From assembly GCF_964204645.1 (NCBI RefSeq), contig NC_134028.1, forward strand, positions 18,979,653 to 19,043,652: a DNA stretch of 64,000 nt, given 5' to 3'. Both the position numbers and the translations under genes were made by a program. The notes under the pieces were generated by a model that was given only the letters and a program-made list of their open reading frames with translations, did no database searches and had not been told where the DNA came from. Shown piece after piece: positions 1 to 12,027 of the stretch (its first letter is position 1; every line of letters starts with the position of its first letter). This DNA comes from Tubulanus polymorphus (Eukaryota > Animalia > Nemertea).

Positions 1-710
1 CTAAGAAAAGATAAGTGAGTTTCAATAGACGTGTTGTTTGTTAAGAATACGGAACAGGAGGTCATCTTAAAGGGTAAAGACAACTGTACAATTATTTACA
101 GTTATGTAGGTAAGCGCATTTTACTTCTTAATTGGGTACTTTTTTATGATGTGGCAGTATTTGCCTTACTCGAGAAACCCAGGTATTTCTTTGTGTGGCC
201 TAAGTAAAAAAATGTACTTCTATCTTGTTTCGTTGTTCACCTCCCTCGATTAAATGCATGCTTAATGTGGCGGTAAACAGAACAGAATTATCAAAATTTA
301 ACTCAGAGTGTAAGACGTAATGAAGGTAAGGCTAGTACGTACAATATTCCCAGGACTCCTAGAGAATGCTGTTGCACGTCTAATGTTCCCAACAAGTTGT
401 CCAAATGAGGCAAATTTTTTCCAAGGACTTCAGTACTTTTGCTGATGAATTCGCACAATTGAGCAAAATTCCCTGGAAAATAAATTCATACATAGGGGGC
501 CTATATTGTTAGAAGGGGGTATTTTGGCAATTATTCTAGTAAACACCATTTTGCCGATTCATATACGGACCATATGCATTGGCCCTGTAGCTCGCTTGGA
601 CTGCATTTCCGCCAGAATGTTTCAAATTTTAGGCATAGATCAAGTATGCAATCAGAAAAAAAATTAGCATGAGGGCAAAATAGCGTTTACATGAGTCATT
701 ACTAACTACT

Positions 711-1951
711 CACAGGGGTTTGGCGATGGGCTTGGATTTCATTTCCGGGTTGTTGATAATCTCGCGAGAATGGCGCTAAATATGAACTGCGAATAAATTC
801 AAAATATCACGGAAATACCTTGTGTTTATATTGTTTATTTATCCGCTATTAAGTTCCGATAAACAATTGGTCGTTAAGAATCATTATTACTACATAAAAT
901 CACAAGGGATGAAATGCCAGGCCTCCGCTGTACTTAAATTTTCAGCCAGAAAGTTGGGACAGTCACGTGACATTCTGATGACGTCATCGCATTTAAAACT
1001 TCAACATAAAAAGTTAACATATTCACAGACCGATATCAATTGTCAGATTATGATTCATATGAAATAAATAACTTATAAAGAATAAATTATGATGAAATAT
1101 GTAATTCATAGTCAAAAAATGCATTTGAATGTAAGTTATTCTCAAATATTTTTCGTATCATAGTTTCCATCTTAGATGCTTCAGGTTCGCATTCAGTCAA
1201 ATAAGAAGCGTTAAGTCGAATTACGGTCAAAACGTCCTCATGTCAAAACGTCCCCGTGCCAAAACGTCCTCGGTCAAAACGTCCTTGTCTGTATTAGGGG
1301 CCTAGTGTCCTTTCCACACTCAATCAACGGTAGTGGGGAGAGGGCGGCACCTCACGATAGTCACCTTTAACCTTGATTTTTAAAAAAATCTTTTTTTAGA
1401 GTATCTAGACCCCTCCTCCTATAGTATGTAATTAGTATGTTGTAAATAACGTTTGTCTTATGTTTTAAATACTTTTATTTTCTTTTTTTGTAAATATTGA
1501 TCGACTGCCTCATACGCCCTATACATTAAAGGTCATATATTTAGCTTACAACTCGGATTTAACAGTAGTGCATTGACGGAATTTATTGTATGATGAAGTT
1601 ATTCTGGCATGAGTGAGGACGTTTTGACTGACGAAAGTGAGGACGTTTTGACCGAAAAAAGCGAGGACGTTTTGACCCGTCACGTGACTGTCCCAACTTT
1701 CTGGCTGGCACGACTTGAAGGGTGTTTCATCCCTTTGTGATTTTATATAGTAAAGCGTGACGACCGTCAGATAATGATTCTTAACCAACGACCAATTGTT
1801 TATCGGAACTTTATAGCGGATAAATAAACAATATAAACACAAGGTATTTCCGTGATATTTTGAATTTATTTGCAGTTCATATTTAGCGCCATTCTCGCGA
1901 GATTATCAACAACCCGGAAATAAAATCCAAGCCCATCGCCAAACCCCTGTG
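711..1951. mobile_element. Non-autonomous DNA transposon with ~260-bp terminal inverted repeats (CACAGGGG...CCCCTGTG)
   Basis: 711-~970 is the reverse complement of ~1680-1951. No coding capacity. Flanks CTACT / TTACT are a 4/5 match to a 5-bp TSD. Confidence 0.8.
1223..1684. mobile_element. Nested foldback-type MITE with short tandem subterminal repeats (CAAAACGTCC / GGACGTTTTG)
   Basis: Four CAAAACGTCC units at 1228-1285 and three inverted GGACGTTTTG units at 1616-1674. Confidence 0.6.
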
Positions 1952-1968
1952 TTACTACATTCCCATCT

Positions 1969-2035
1969 TCACCCGTCAAGGGATTCGAACCCACTACGCT
2001 AAAGCTGTTCGCCGAACCCCTTGACCTCACGAGTC
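1969..2035 (-). repeat. tRNA-derived sequence (SINE head or tRNA pseudogene)
   Basis: Minus strand has a B-box/T-arm GGTTCGAATCC, an acceptor-like pairing ACTCGT/ACGGGT and a degenerate A-box. No convincing anticodon arm. Confidence 0.4.
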
Positions 2036-3178
2036 GTTGGAGTCGTTACTAGCCGACCAGAATCCGGTCGTACCAATCACAGCGCTCGTAACAAAGGACA
2101 GTAGACTTCTGTTGGTTTTCCCGTCAAATGGACCAATCAGCGAACGTTTTACAGAACAAGGAAGTATTTCGCAAAGATATATGACGTCATGCGCAACAGC
2201 GCCAGTAATGAAATCGTGCTTCGTGAGGCCAGGGGGCTGGTGGAAGCGATTTCGGGAGTGATACCCGACCCCTGGCAAGCGAGGATGCTACATTCCATTA
2301 CAAGTACTAAGTAGTAACAAAAAAGCATAGTTTAGGCCAGCAGAGGGATTTAATGCTGCCATTAATTACTACGACGAAAGTCCAAATGAAACGGAACGCA
2401 GTTTCGATATTTACCTTGCGTTGACAATGACCGTACATTGTTCACGTATTGTTCTAACGCTGCCATAACTTATAAGTCATGGAAATATACACTTCAATTA
2501 AGGGTGCTGTTTTTACCAATTTTTTGTAGAGGCGTGTTCGGATGGTCACACCTTAAATTACGTAAATAACCTACCGGGTTTCAAACATCAGCAACATCAA
2601 AGCATTAAGTAAAATGAAAATAGATAAAATTGTTTGACATTTTTATCATTAAGTCAAAAAAGCTATCTCAATTATCTTTTCAAATTCTAGTAGGTCTAAC
2701 AATATTAGCTTGAATGTCAGCGTAATTGAATATGTGTCGGGTATAATCGAATGTACTCAGTAAATATGTTGAGCTTACGCGGTACCAAAATGATTATGAT
2801 TGCCAGAGTATGTTTAAAATTCAAATTAATTTTATTTATCTTAATTTTGAACCCAATTGCTTCGATCAACTGGTATTAAAAGCAACACGTGGCAAATAGT
2901 AATACATGATAACTGCCACTCCGAGAAGATAAGATCACTTGTAGACTTAAACCATCTCACTGTAGTAGGTTTGTAATTTCCACGTAGCAAACCCATTAGG
3001 TAGAAACAGATTTCAATTGAGAAGAAATTGTCAACCAGTCTAAGAAAGAAATGAGTGTAAAACAACCTTTTAAACAAAATTTCCACTTTATATCAAACAA
3101 ATTTTATATTTATAAATAGAGGTAAGATACTGATACAAAAGTGACAACTACACAAGTCTTCACATTATTTTCACCATT

Positions 3179-3502
3179 TCATACATCGCTTTCTTCATTC
3201 AATGCCTTGTCTAATTCTGTGCCTTCTATAAGTAATTTTTTATCTATTGCCTGTCTTATTTTCCTCGAATTAAATCTCTCCTCCGACCATTTATAACGGC
3301 ACCACGACCATGTTGCCATGGTTACTAGTAGGTAGGAACCAAAACCGACGTTGGTAGAACGTCGGGGATTACTGGAAGCTAGAAACGATACAACCCCGAT
3401 TCCGAGTCCCGAACTAATTCCTGCTAACAGTGATTTTCTCATGCAAGGAATTTTGGTGAACTTTTCGTACCATGATAGATTTTCCTCGGAAGTCTCCTCC
3501 AT
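3179..3502 (-). CDS. COX20: Cytochrome c oxidase assembly protein COX20 (FAM36A), 107 aa, single coding exon
   Basis: Motifs IPCMRKSLLAGISSGLGIG and WSWCRY with two hydrophobic segments are typical of COX20. ATG at 3502 is preceded by a splice acceptor (TTTATTTTGCAG, AG at 3510-3509). Stop TGA at 3181-3179. Confidence 0.9.
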   Translation of the reverse strand: MEETSEENLSWYEKFTKIPCMRKSLLAGISSGLGIGVVSFLASSNPRRSTNVGFGSYLLVTMATWSWCRYKWSEERFNSRKIRQAIDKKLLIEGTELDKALNEESDV

Positions 3503-5392
3503 TTGAATCTGCAAAATAAATAACTTTTCATATAAGAAACACTTGAGAAGACGCTCCAGGCTGGATGAAAGAGCACTTTTTAGTTTTGGCAGATGCCTCA
3601 GGCAAAAATTGCTTGCAGGTGGGATGAGCGACTGCTGTTTAGGTGTCCCTAATGGTTATATGTACCTAACCTTACCATAACACTATTCTTTAATAACACT
3701 AGCGCCACCCAGTGGATAGGTGACCCAAACTGCAGTTAGACCAATAAGGCCGCATTGGCAAAATATCCACTTCCTAAATTATAATCGGATGGGCTTGCTT
3801 GAAAATCAGATCGTGAAACTAAACAATTACTGACTAATTAGCCGCAACCGGTGGTACGAATTTTCGGCGAGGCCCACTGTTGGTTGATGTCATTGTCGCT
3901 CTCACCCTGCTACCTTAGTAGTTAGTTACCTAATCGTTGGTGGTAAGCTTTTTATAATCGGATGAGCTTATACCAACGTAAGGGATGACAAGGGCCAAAA
4001 CACGGTTGAAAATAGTAACACTTCAAAAATATACTTTCTATTGATTTCAGTCCACAATTAATGGCTTAATTCACAAACTAACACAGGTACTTTACGAAAT
4101 AATCCAGTGATTTATCAACATTATTTTGAGAAATTAATTGATTTCTCCACAAATTTCGCCATTGGCCGCCATTTCTCTGTATTGCATACATGTGGCATGA
4201 TAGACAAGGTGACCTACAAGGATTTATATAAAACTTTCAAGACGAAACGACAATTTTTATTTTTGATGGTTTTCCAACTTATATTTCAAATCTTCATGTT
4301 TTCCATAATGAATAATGCAGAAATAATTTCTGGTTGAAGAAAAATGTGAATAAGTGTTGATTTCTTAATTTTTTCAATTCCGTCGTTTCGTCTCGTTAGT
4401 TTGTGTTGTGGTCCTGACCTCAGTCCACAGGTGCCAGCACCTACCACACGTTTTCAAAATGGCCGCCGTTGAATCGCCGGAAATTTACTCTCACTTTATG
4501 GCCGATTTGCACATGGATTAAGATCGTCAGGTGAGGTGTTATAGGTATCAAACAAACTACAAATCTGCTGTGCGTTGATTACAACAAAAAATAGACGGAT
4601 ATCTCAAGACCAGAAAATGCCAGGCAAATTACTCGTCAGTCAAATTGGCTAACGAAAATTGCCTGCAAAAATGACGTTCCCATTCCTGACTGTGGTTTGT
4701 GAAAATATCCGATCGTGAAACTAAACCACAGTCCGGTTACTGACTACTACCTTAGTAGAGTAAGTAGTGTTCCTTATTCCCTTGGGTCCGGTGAATGATG
4801 GTCTGCAGAGTTTCCAGAACCTGTCATGTCAGGTCTCAAGACAGGTCAGAAAAAAACCAAACTCACGACTATATTTGACGAAACGGTGAAATGTCTAGGC
4901 ATGCGAGACGAATGGAAGAAAATTTGTGGACGAATATCAAGTTGGATGAACTTTAACCAGGCGCAGATCCAGGGGGTCTTTACACTAGGTCTAAATAATT
5001 TGTCTTATCTTGAAATAAAGTGCACTATTTCCGAAGACTTTTTAGTTGGAGGGCATGGGCCGGGGGTGGAGGTTATAGGTTATCGTTTTGTAACGTTTTA
5101 GTTCACAGGAAATGGCTTCAAACCACTGCTGGAATCTCAAAATTTATCAGCGCGAAGCAGTGTTAGCCTGGAGCACTGCGCTCGGTGTGTTAACAATGTT
5201 GCCCTTTTCTTTTACTTTAGGCCTAGTAGATGCCCCTAGAATTCTGAGAAGACCCTCCGATTTACCCCCTAGATCGCCCCCAGTTAACTTGAACATTATC
5301 TTATTGCTCCAAACAAATACACCGTAATTTATATATGCAATAAGTATTAACATTAATACAGGATCGACTGTACTTGAAACATTAACGGGCAA

Positions 5393-6220
5393 ATCAATTA
5401 CCTTGATCTTTCGTATATATTTGAATCCCCCAAGGGCCCATCACCGTAAGAAAAATTGGGTCGATCGGGCTCAAGATGGCCGCCCTATGACCTTTTTAGT
5501 GCCCAAAAATGTCAATTTTGGGCCAAATTACGAGTCCTGTAGCTTCCTACTGGTTCGCCATTTCTCATTGCAATTTGTGAAGGGTATTCTTTGGAAAGGG
5601 ATGTTTTATACCTGAGCCAGGTACTTTTGATCGGCCAATTAATAAACGCAATTGGCGGCCATCTTATGGTATCATCAGTACTCATTCGTAGGTGGGAAAA
5701 AGTTTTTCCACATTATATTGATACCTAAGCATATTTTGTTACCACAATCAATTGCAATGTTGTAGCTCATGACATTGTCTATGATTGTGATGAGTTTTAA
5801 GGACATTAGTAATTCAATATGGTCACCAGGGGGCGTTGAATAGTAGAATAACTTAGTATTTCCTTATTAGATTAGTACCTAGGTATATTTTGTTACCATG
5901 ATCAATTGCAAAGTTGTAGTTTATGACATGTTCTATTTTTGTGGTGAGTTTCAGGGTCATTGGGTTTTGCATATGGTCACCAGGGTGCATTGAATAGTGG
6001 AATTACTTAGTATTTCCATATTAAATTGGTAACGAGGCATATTTTGCTATCACAATCAATTACAAAATCGTAGCTGCTGACATGTTCTATGATTGTAGTG
6101 AGTTTCAAGGTCATTGGTTTTTGTATATGGTCACCAGGGGGCGTTGAATATTGAAATTGTTAGATTGTTGAGCATTGGAAACCACTTCCCAAGTGGGTAT
6201 GGTGTCCCTGGACCCCTAAT
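5393..6220 (+). mobile_element. 5'-truncated Helentron-associated non-autonomous element (HINE), same family as 62102-63349
   Basis: Colinear with ~62380-63349. Has ~120-bp internal tandem units (GGTCACCAGGGGGCGTTGAATAG), a 3' subTIR TCCCAAGTGGG and a T-rich end. Confidence 0.75.
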
Positions 6221-6428
6221 TTTATGATGTGTTGCAATATAGATAGGCCTACTGATTTTATAGAGACTGATTTTAAATCAACTCTGCAATTTAAAGCATG
6301 CAAATCTATCTATCTATCGGGTTAGCTATTTCTTATACCGGTAATAATCTTTTTATTATGATAAATATTATTATTTGTCAATTATCATTTGTTTTGTTTT
6401 TAGACAATATGTATAGTTAATTTTGAAT

Positions 6429-6570
6429 CCGGGCCATAACTCCCCCGCCCAAAATACCTCCACCCAGATATCCCATAACCAGAATGTTGTAGGGAAAAAT
6501 CTCCAGGGTAAAAATCCCCTAGGTAGAAATCCCCTAGGTAAATATCCCCTGGGTAAAAATCTCCAAATAT
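6429..6570. repeat. 15-bp periodic repeat (GGTAAAAATCCCCTA-like), probable end of a foldback MITE
   Basis: About five units at 6492-6563. They explain the periodic spurious ORFs on both strands. Confidence 0.55.
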
Positions 6571-7046
6571 TCAAAGTCGGTAATAATCCCCACTTGGTGA
6601 TTTTCAAAAAGATTTCAAAGCAAGATGTTTCTCTTAGAATAAAATAAATTGTTCGAATTAATAAGAGAAACGAACTTTTTATTTGTAAAATTCGAACTGG
6701 AATATTTTTGAACTGTGTACTCTTGTTAATTTGTGGTATATTTGAGCTGTGCGATGCCATGAATTATAAGCAATAATGAACTTTTAATTTGAAATATTTT
6801 AGATTCAAGCTAGTGTAATATATTTTAAATGTGCGATGAACCCTTCCTAACCCACGATAACTTTAAGTACGGTTAATTTAGTATCAATGAACTGTTAATT
6901 TGTAGTATGTTTTAATTCAAATAGTGTACATACTATAGTTTGTATGCTCATGATATCCTAATCGTGTTCCACAGTAAAAAATGAATAAATTGGATATATG
7001 TATCAATAAATATGAATTAATTAACTGACCTTAAGATTGTATTGTA

Positions 7047-7729
7047 GGAAAAAATGGCCAAGGAAAAAATGGCCAGGAAAAAATGGCCACTGAAAAAAAG
7101 GCCTAGGAAAATTTATGAGAACTACTGACAATGTTAATAAACATTAAGCTTTCAATTTTATGACATAATTTATTTTTCATGGGGCTAAAATCAATAGAAT
7201 CGGTATAATGAGTTCAGAAATTTGATGAACTTACATTTAATTTCATACATATAATGAATATATCAAGAACTATCATGAAAGAACTATCATGCAAGTGGGC
7301 AATGGATAAACTTAATAGTGATAAACTTTAACTTAAACTTAATTAATCAACTTAATTAGTATTTCAAAACATCTAAATAAGCTATTAGGGCACAGACTGT
7401 CTCAAATCATCAAAGGTAAATGCATTGAAATTGTGTGGTAATTTATATAGCAAGCTGGTGTAGTGTCTGATAACACCGAAGTGAGATATGCTTATCATAA
7501 ATTTACCTAAACTAATCCAGGAATAGGTCTAATAATCTCAAAAAGTGACATGTCAAAACATCAATGCATTTGATTTCTTTTTAGTCAATGAAATGATGGT
7601 TAGTTTTCTATTTAATTTTCCTTGGCCTTTTTTCCGTGGCCATTTTTTCCTTGACCATTTTTCTTAGGCAAATACCTTAGCCATTCTTTCCTTGGCCATT
7701 TTTTCCTTGGCCATTTTTTCCGTTCACCG
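7047..7729. mobile_element. Foldback MITE with 15-bp subterminal tandem repeats (GGAAAAAATGGCCAA / TTGGCCATTTTTTCC)
   Basis: Direct units at 7047-7110 and inverted units at 7615-7720. Confidence 0.65.
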
Positions 7730-7861
7730 TTTATTCAATATTAGACGTACGGCCAGCAGCCGTAACGGTCAGACGATCGGTCGTTTCTTTTCCCCTGCCT
7801 GGAGATATATTTGAATGATGGATCAACAGCCCGTTAACGCATCCCTGACCACTATTACAAT

Positions 7862-8908
7862 CAGTGGCGGTCCAGGGGGGATGCACAGGGGGCACGTGCA
7901 CCCCCCTAAAGTCCTCGCTAATCTTTTACGGACTGACCTTTTCGTGAGAACGAAGACAAGCATGTGAAAAATCCCTGAAAATGTGTAAGCTTATGTCGTC
8001 GCTTACAAATACCAGCGCTTTACGGCAGTACATCGTTCATGAAAGTTGTGAAAATCGCTATTCAAATTGCGAGTTAAATGGTACTCTGATCTTACCCAGA
8101 ACGTGTCTCCGTGCGTCTAATTTCAAAAGAAATTTCTGGGGGAGGATCCCCAGTCTATGGTGGCTGATAAGGGCCAAAGCGTTAAATTCCTGGTATGTAA
8201 ATGAGGGCGCCAGAACGCCAAAACGAAAAAAAAAAACGTCCAATTTTCTCGGAAAGTTCGTTTTGGAAAGCCAAATTTTGGCGGGGGCGCCAAAAAGAAC
8301 TTTCATTTTGGCGCCCCCGCCAAAACGAACTTTCGTTTTGGCCCCCCGCCAAACAACGAAAAACGTCCAATTCTCTCTGAAAGTTCGTTTTGGCGCGCCA
8401 AAACCAAAAAAAATCCGTTTTGGCGCGGTTATTTCCGTTTTGGCGCCCCCGCCAAAACTAACATTCAACCACAGTAAAATTATTTTTCAATTTGGTGCGT
8501 TGATCTTGTGTGTAATTTGCATAAATTTGCATATATAGAATTATTTTACGTGGTTGAAAGTTCGTTTTGGCAGGGGGGCCAAAACGGAATTTTGTTCGTT
8601 TTGGCGCGCCAAAACGAACTTTCAGAGAGAATTGGACGTTTTTCGTTGTTTGGCGGGGGGCCAAAACGAAAGTTCGTTTTGGCGGGGGCGCCAAAACGGA
8701 ATTTTTCTTCGTTTTGGCGCGCCAAAACGAACTTTCAGAGAAAATTGGACGTTTTTTTTCGTTTTGGCGTACTGGCGTTCTGGCGTTCTGGCGCCCTCAT
8801 TTACATACCAGGAATTTTACGCTATGGCCCTTATCAGCCACCATACCAGACCCCCCCCGCCCCATTTGGATTTGTGCACCCCCTCTATGGGTCCTGGATC
8901 CGCCGCTG
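7862..8908. mobile_element. hAT-like MITE (CAGTGGCGG-TCCAGG ... CCTGGATCCGCCGCTG) hosting a nested foldback element
   Basis: Short imperfect TIRs beginning CAG. No exact TSD seen. Confidence 0.5.
8156..8845. mobile_element. ~690-bp palindromic foldback element with TA flanks (Tc1/mariner-type MITE)
   Basis: Ends TATGGTGGCTGATAAGGGCC ... GGCCCTTATCAGCCACCATA. Arms of ~310 bp are built from GCCAAAACGAA repeats. Confidence 0.8.
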
Positions 8909-11900
8909 ACAGTATCCGTGTATGCCCGACGCGTTGCAATTCGGTACCAAGAACGTACGATGTTAATGTAACGCCGATTGATATATCAAGAATGTAATTT
9001 ATGAAATATATACGATGTTTCAGTTTCAAATTCAACTTACATGATTTGATTTGCGGACCGCTGGAAGGAACGAAGATTTCTCAAGTTCTTCTGACATTTG
9101 TCAAATGATTACTCCAAGAAATAACTATCCCCGGCCAGTACGTGTTTGCCAGTGCATCTGAGCCGAATATTGAAAGCAATCTCCCGACTTGGTACCGGCC
9201 TTAGTTACCCCAGGCAAAGAGTCCGAATTATGAGAATGCCGGTTTGCTAGCGTATCTATTTAACACCCGTATTGCTCGGGTTAGTTTCACTATCAACGGG
9301 TGGCGCTGTATGTAAATTTCACATCAATCAACGACTTTCGGCTATTAGCGGTACTTAAGACCACTTGAAAACATCATAGTCAATTACGGTAGTAGTGAAC
9401 ATAAAAAGATACAGTACAAAGATACAGTACGGTGTACAGTTAAGGACATGATTCCATAGGACCCATACCAGAGACATTTTGTTCAGACAAGGACTATTAG
9501 TTAAACACTAATCTTCATTTTCAGCAATTAACGATCTGGTGAATTAATTAGTGATTCGGTCTTTCGGTGGTTCGAGATAAAATGCCCGCAAAATAAGAAC
9601 CTAACGAACCAGGGCTGACCACAAATTGCCCAACAGATGAATTTTCGAAACGACACAATCCAATCATGTTTGGTATCAAATGTGGCGTGGACCATGGTCT
9701 TTTAACTGACCAGTACTGACCATATAGTAAATTATTTGTTTGCAAACAATTAAGTTGTTTGGTGTCAAATAACTAGATATGATGTGGGCATTAATCTAAA
9801 AATTGTTTAAGTGACCAATGCTTGACCAGTACAGACCAGTTACCAGTGCTAACCAGAACCCCCATAAGTAATTTATATGTTGAGTGAATCCTTCGTTAGT
9901 ACTACTAGCTCTTAAATTTGTCGCTTGAAAAAGTCTTGTCCGATTTTTGTTGTAGGTAGCGAGCTAACTTTGAAATTCCGCTAAAATGCATAAGATTTTT
10001 ACGTAGGGTTTTGAACGAACAACGTTTCCATTTGTAATTGTAACGTGCGCATTTGAGCCTGTAACGTGCACATTTCACTCGCGAGAACGTGCGTATCGGT
10101 ACCAACATGCGAGACTTGTCAAACTTTTACGATCAAGACTTTTAAACTGAACAAAGAAGATATCATATCATATTATATATACATGAATAGATGGAATGAT
10201 AATGTAGTAGTTTTAAATGTTTCGTAGCTGCTGTCCACTGACCACAGATCAAAGCTAATTGCCTGATATGAAATATATTTTTGTTATAGAGATGTAGTAG
10301 ATCAGTGAGAATTCAAACTTATGGTTAATTTTGAGTGATCACAACGCTAACCAATAGAGAAAGCTGTAAGGCCCAAGAAAAGATGCATTAAGTATAACAT
10401 ATCTTTCAATATAATGATGAGGTATTCAACTGGCCATCACAACAATAGTTTGACTTATCTTATTGAAAAATACCGGAGTGTTAATGGGAAAACCTTGAAT
10501 TCGAAACAATTCCACACTCAATCGTTTACTTTGAAAACACAATTTGCATTTTGTGGACATGTATTTTTTTCTGCACCAAAAGCATGAAGTATATTATCTT
10601 TGCTTGTAAAAATTTGAAATTTTGGGGAAGATTTTTGGCCTCGTTAACCTGTGAACACGTCCTTCATATATTTTCTAAGACCGACCCTTGAAATAATACT
10701 GAGAGTTTCGAGGATAATTTTGGTAGGAAGTAAACTTAGGCTGCTTCGTATCCGTGGAGGGTTGCTAATTATTGATTCTATACACAATAATCATAAGTAC
10801 CATGAGATTCGATAGAATATCGTTTTTCAATCATACGTACACGAGTTATCGCGATATAAAGATAAATAATATGTTCATATACTTTTTACGTCTTATATAT
10901 TTCTTTACTAGTATAAATAAAGAGTGGATCAGCAGGCCACCTGAGACCATTCCACGATCTAAGGTCAGTTGCCAAAAGTTAGTAAGTTTACCAGTGGATA
11001 TTTAACATTTATAATGACAATTAAATTTTCATTGCTAAAATAACTTTGTACTTGTTGACTCAAAAGCAGAGAATTGAAAATACGATAATACGATACGAAA
11101 ACTCAGTGTACAAATTCAAAAGATTATCTCTAGTGAGAGATCGAACGTTGTGTCGTAATTTTCTAATGATGAAACATGGTTTGAAATTTGAAATGTGTAC
11201 ATAGTTGATCTTTTTCAGTGTATTTAGTCATGTATCATATTGGATGATGGTTAATTTAAACTATCTTTTGAGAAACGGGTCCCAGAGCTGTATCCTTTAC
11301 TCCTGTAATAGAGGATGCAATCTATTTGCTACAAACGGCTGGTGCAAATAGCTAGAAAACGTAACAATAGTGCGATGGCAAACTTAGAGCAAGCGTACAT
11401 TGGTTGTTTAGGTTTTTCGAAGGGGAGAATTTGTGGGAAAATTACTGAGATATATCTGTAGTGTTCAATTGTGTAATTTGTAACAGTTAATTTTGCTCTA
11501 GCTAGTGGCGCCCTCATGCGGTATTTCTTTGTACTAAAAGTTAAGATGGTATCCATGTGATTGCAATTTTAAGACAGTTTTAGTTTTTACGTTTGTTTCT
11601 GCCAAATTTATGTTAGATCAATCCCAAAACGTCTGTAAGTACATAGCAGAATATCTTCTAAATGTGTATTAATATTCAGTAATCAGTAACTATAGTTTAA
11701 TGTGCTTTAAATCAGTCGCGAAAGTTTATTAAATTTAGTTATTGAGTACGTGACTTCCGGTAAAGATGGAAGACATTTTTTTTTTTACTTTCGATATTAA
11801 TTTCCTATGTTGCAATATTCTTATAGTGTAATATTGTTTATTTTATTAGAAACCAACAACAACATATGTAAAGAACAACGACAAGATATGTCAAGAACAA

Positions 11901-12027
11901 CACAAGATTAAGTTGATTCAAGAATAAAAAAGTCAAAGAGTTGCGTTTAAACCAAGAAGATTGTTGCGTTAAGTTTATTTGCAAGATTCAAGATTGGCAG
12001 TTACAAAAGTTTAGACGAAGACTAAAG

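Noticed and set aside
2027-2278. Antiparallel overlapping ORFs of 74 and 83 aa
   Set aside because: No recognisable motifs; expected by chance in a GC-richer repeat.
4459-4535. Possible first exon of a plus-strand gene (ATGGCCGCC...CAG|GTGAGG)
   Set aside because: In-frame stop before the donor and no downstream exons identifiable.
7981-8997. Many overlapping 130-185 aa ORFs on both strands
   Set aside because: Products of a GC-rich palindromic repeat; low-complexity translations with no domain motifs.
11941-12027. ORF-track start of the BEL polyprotein at 11941
   Set aside because: It is a non-ATG start inside the LTR; the first ATG is at 12028.
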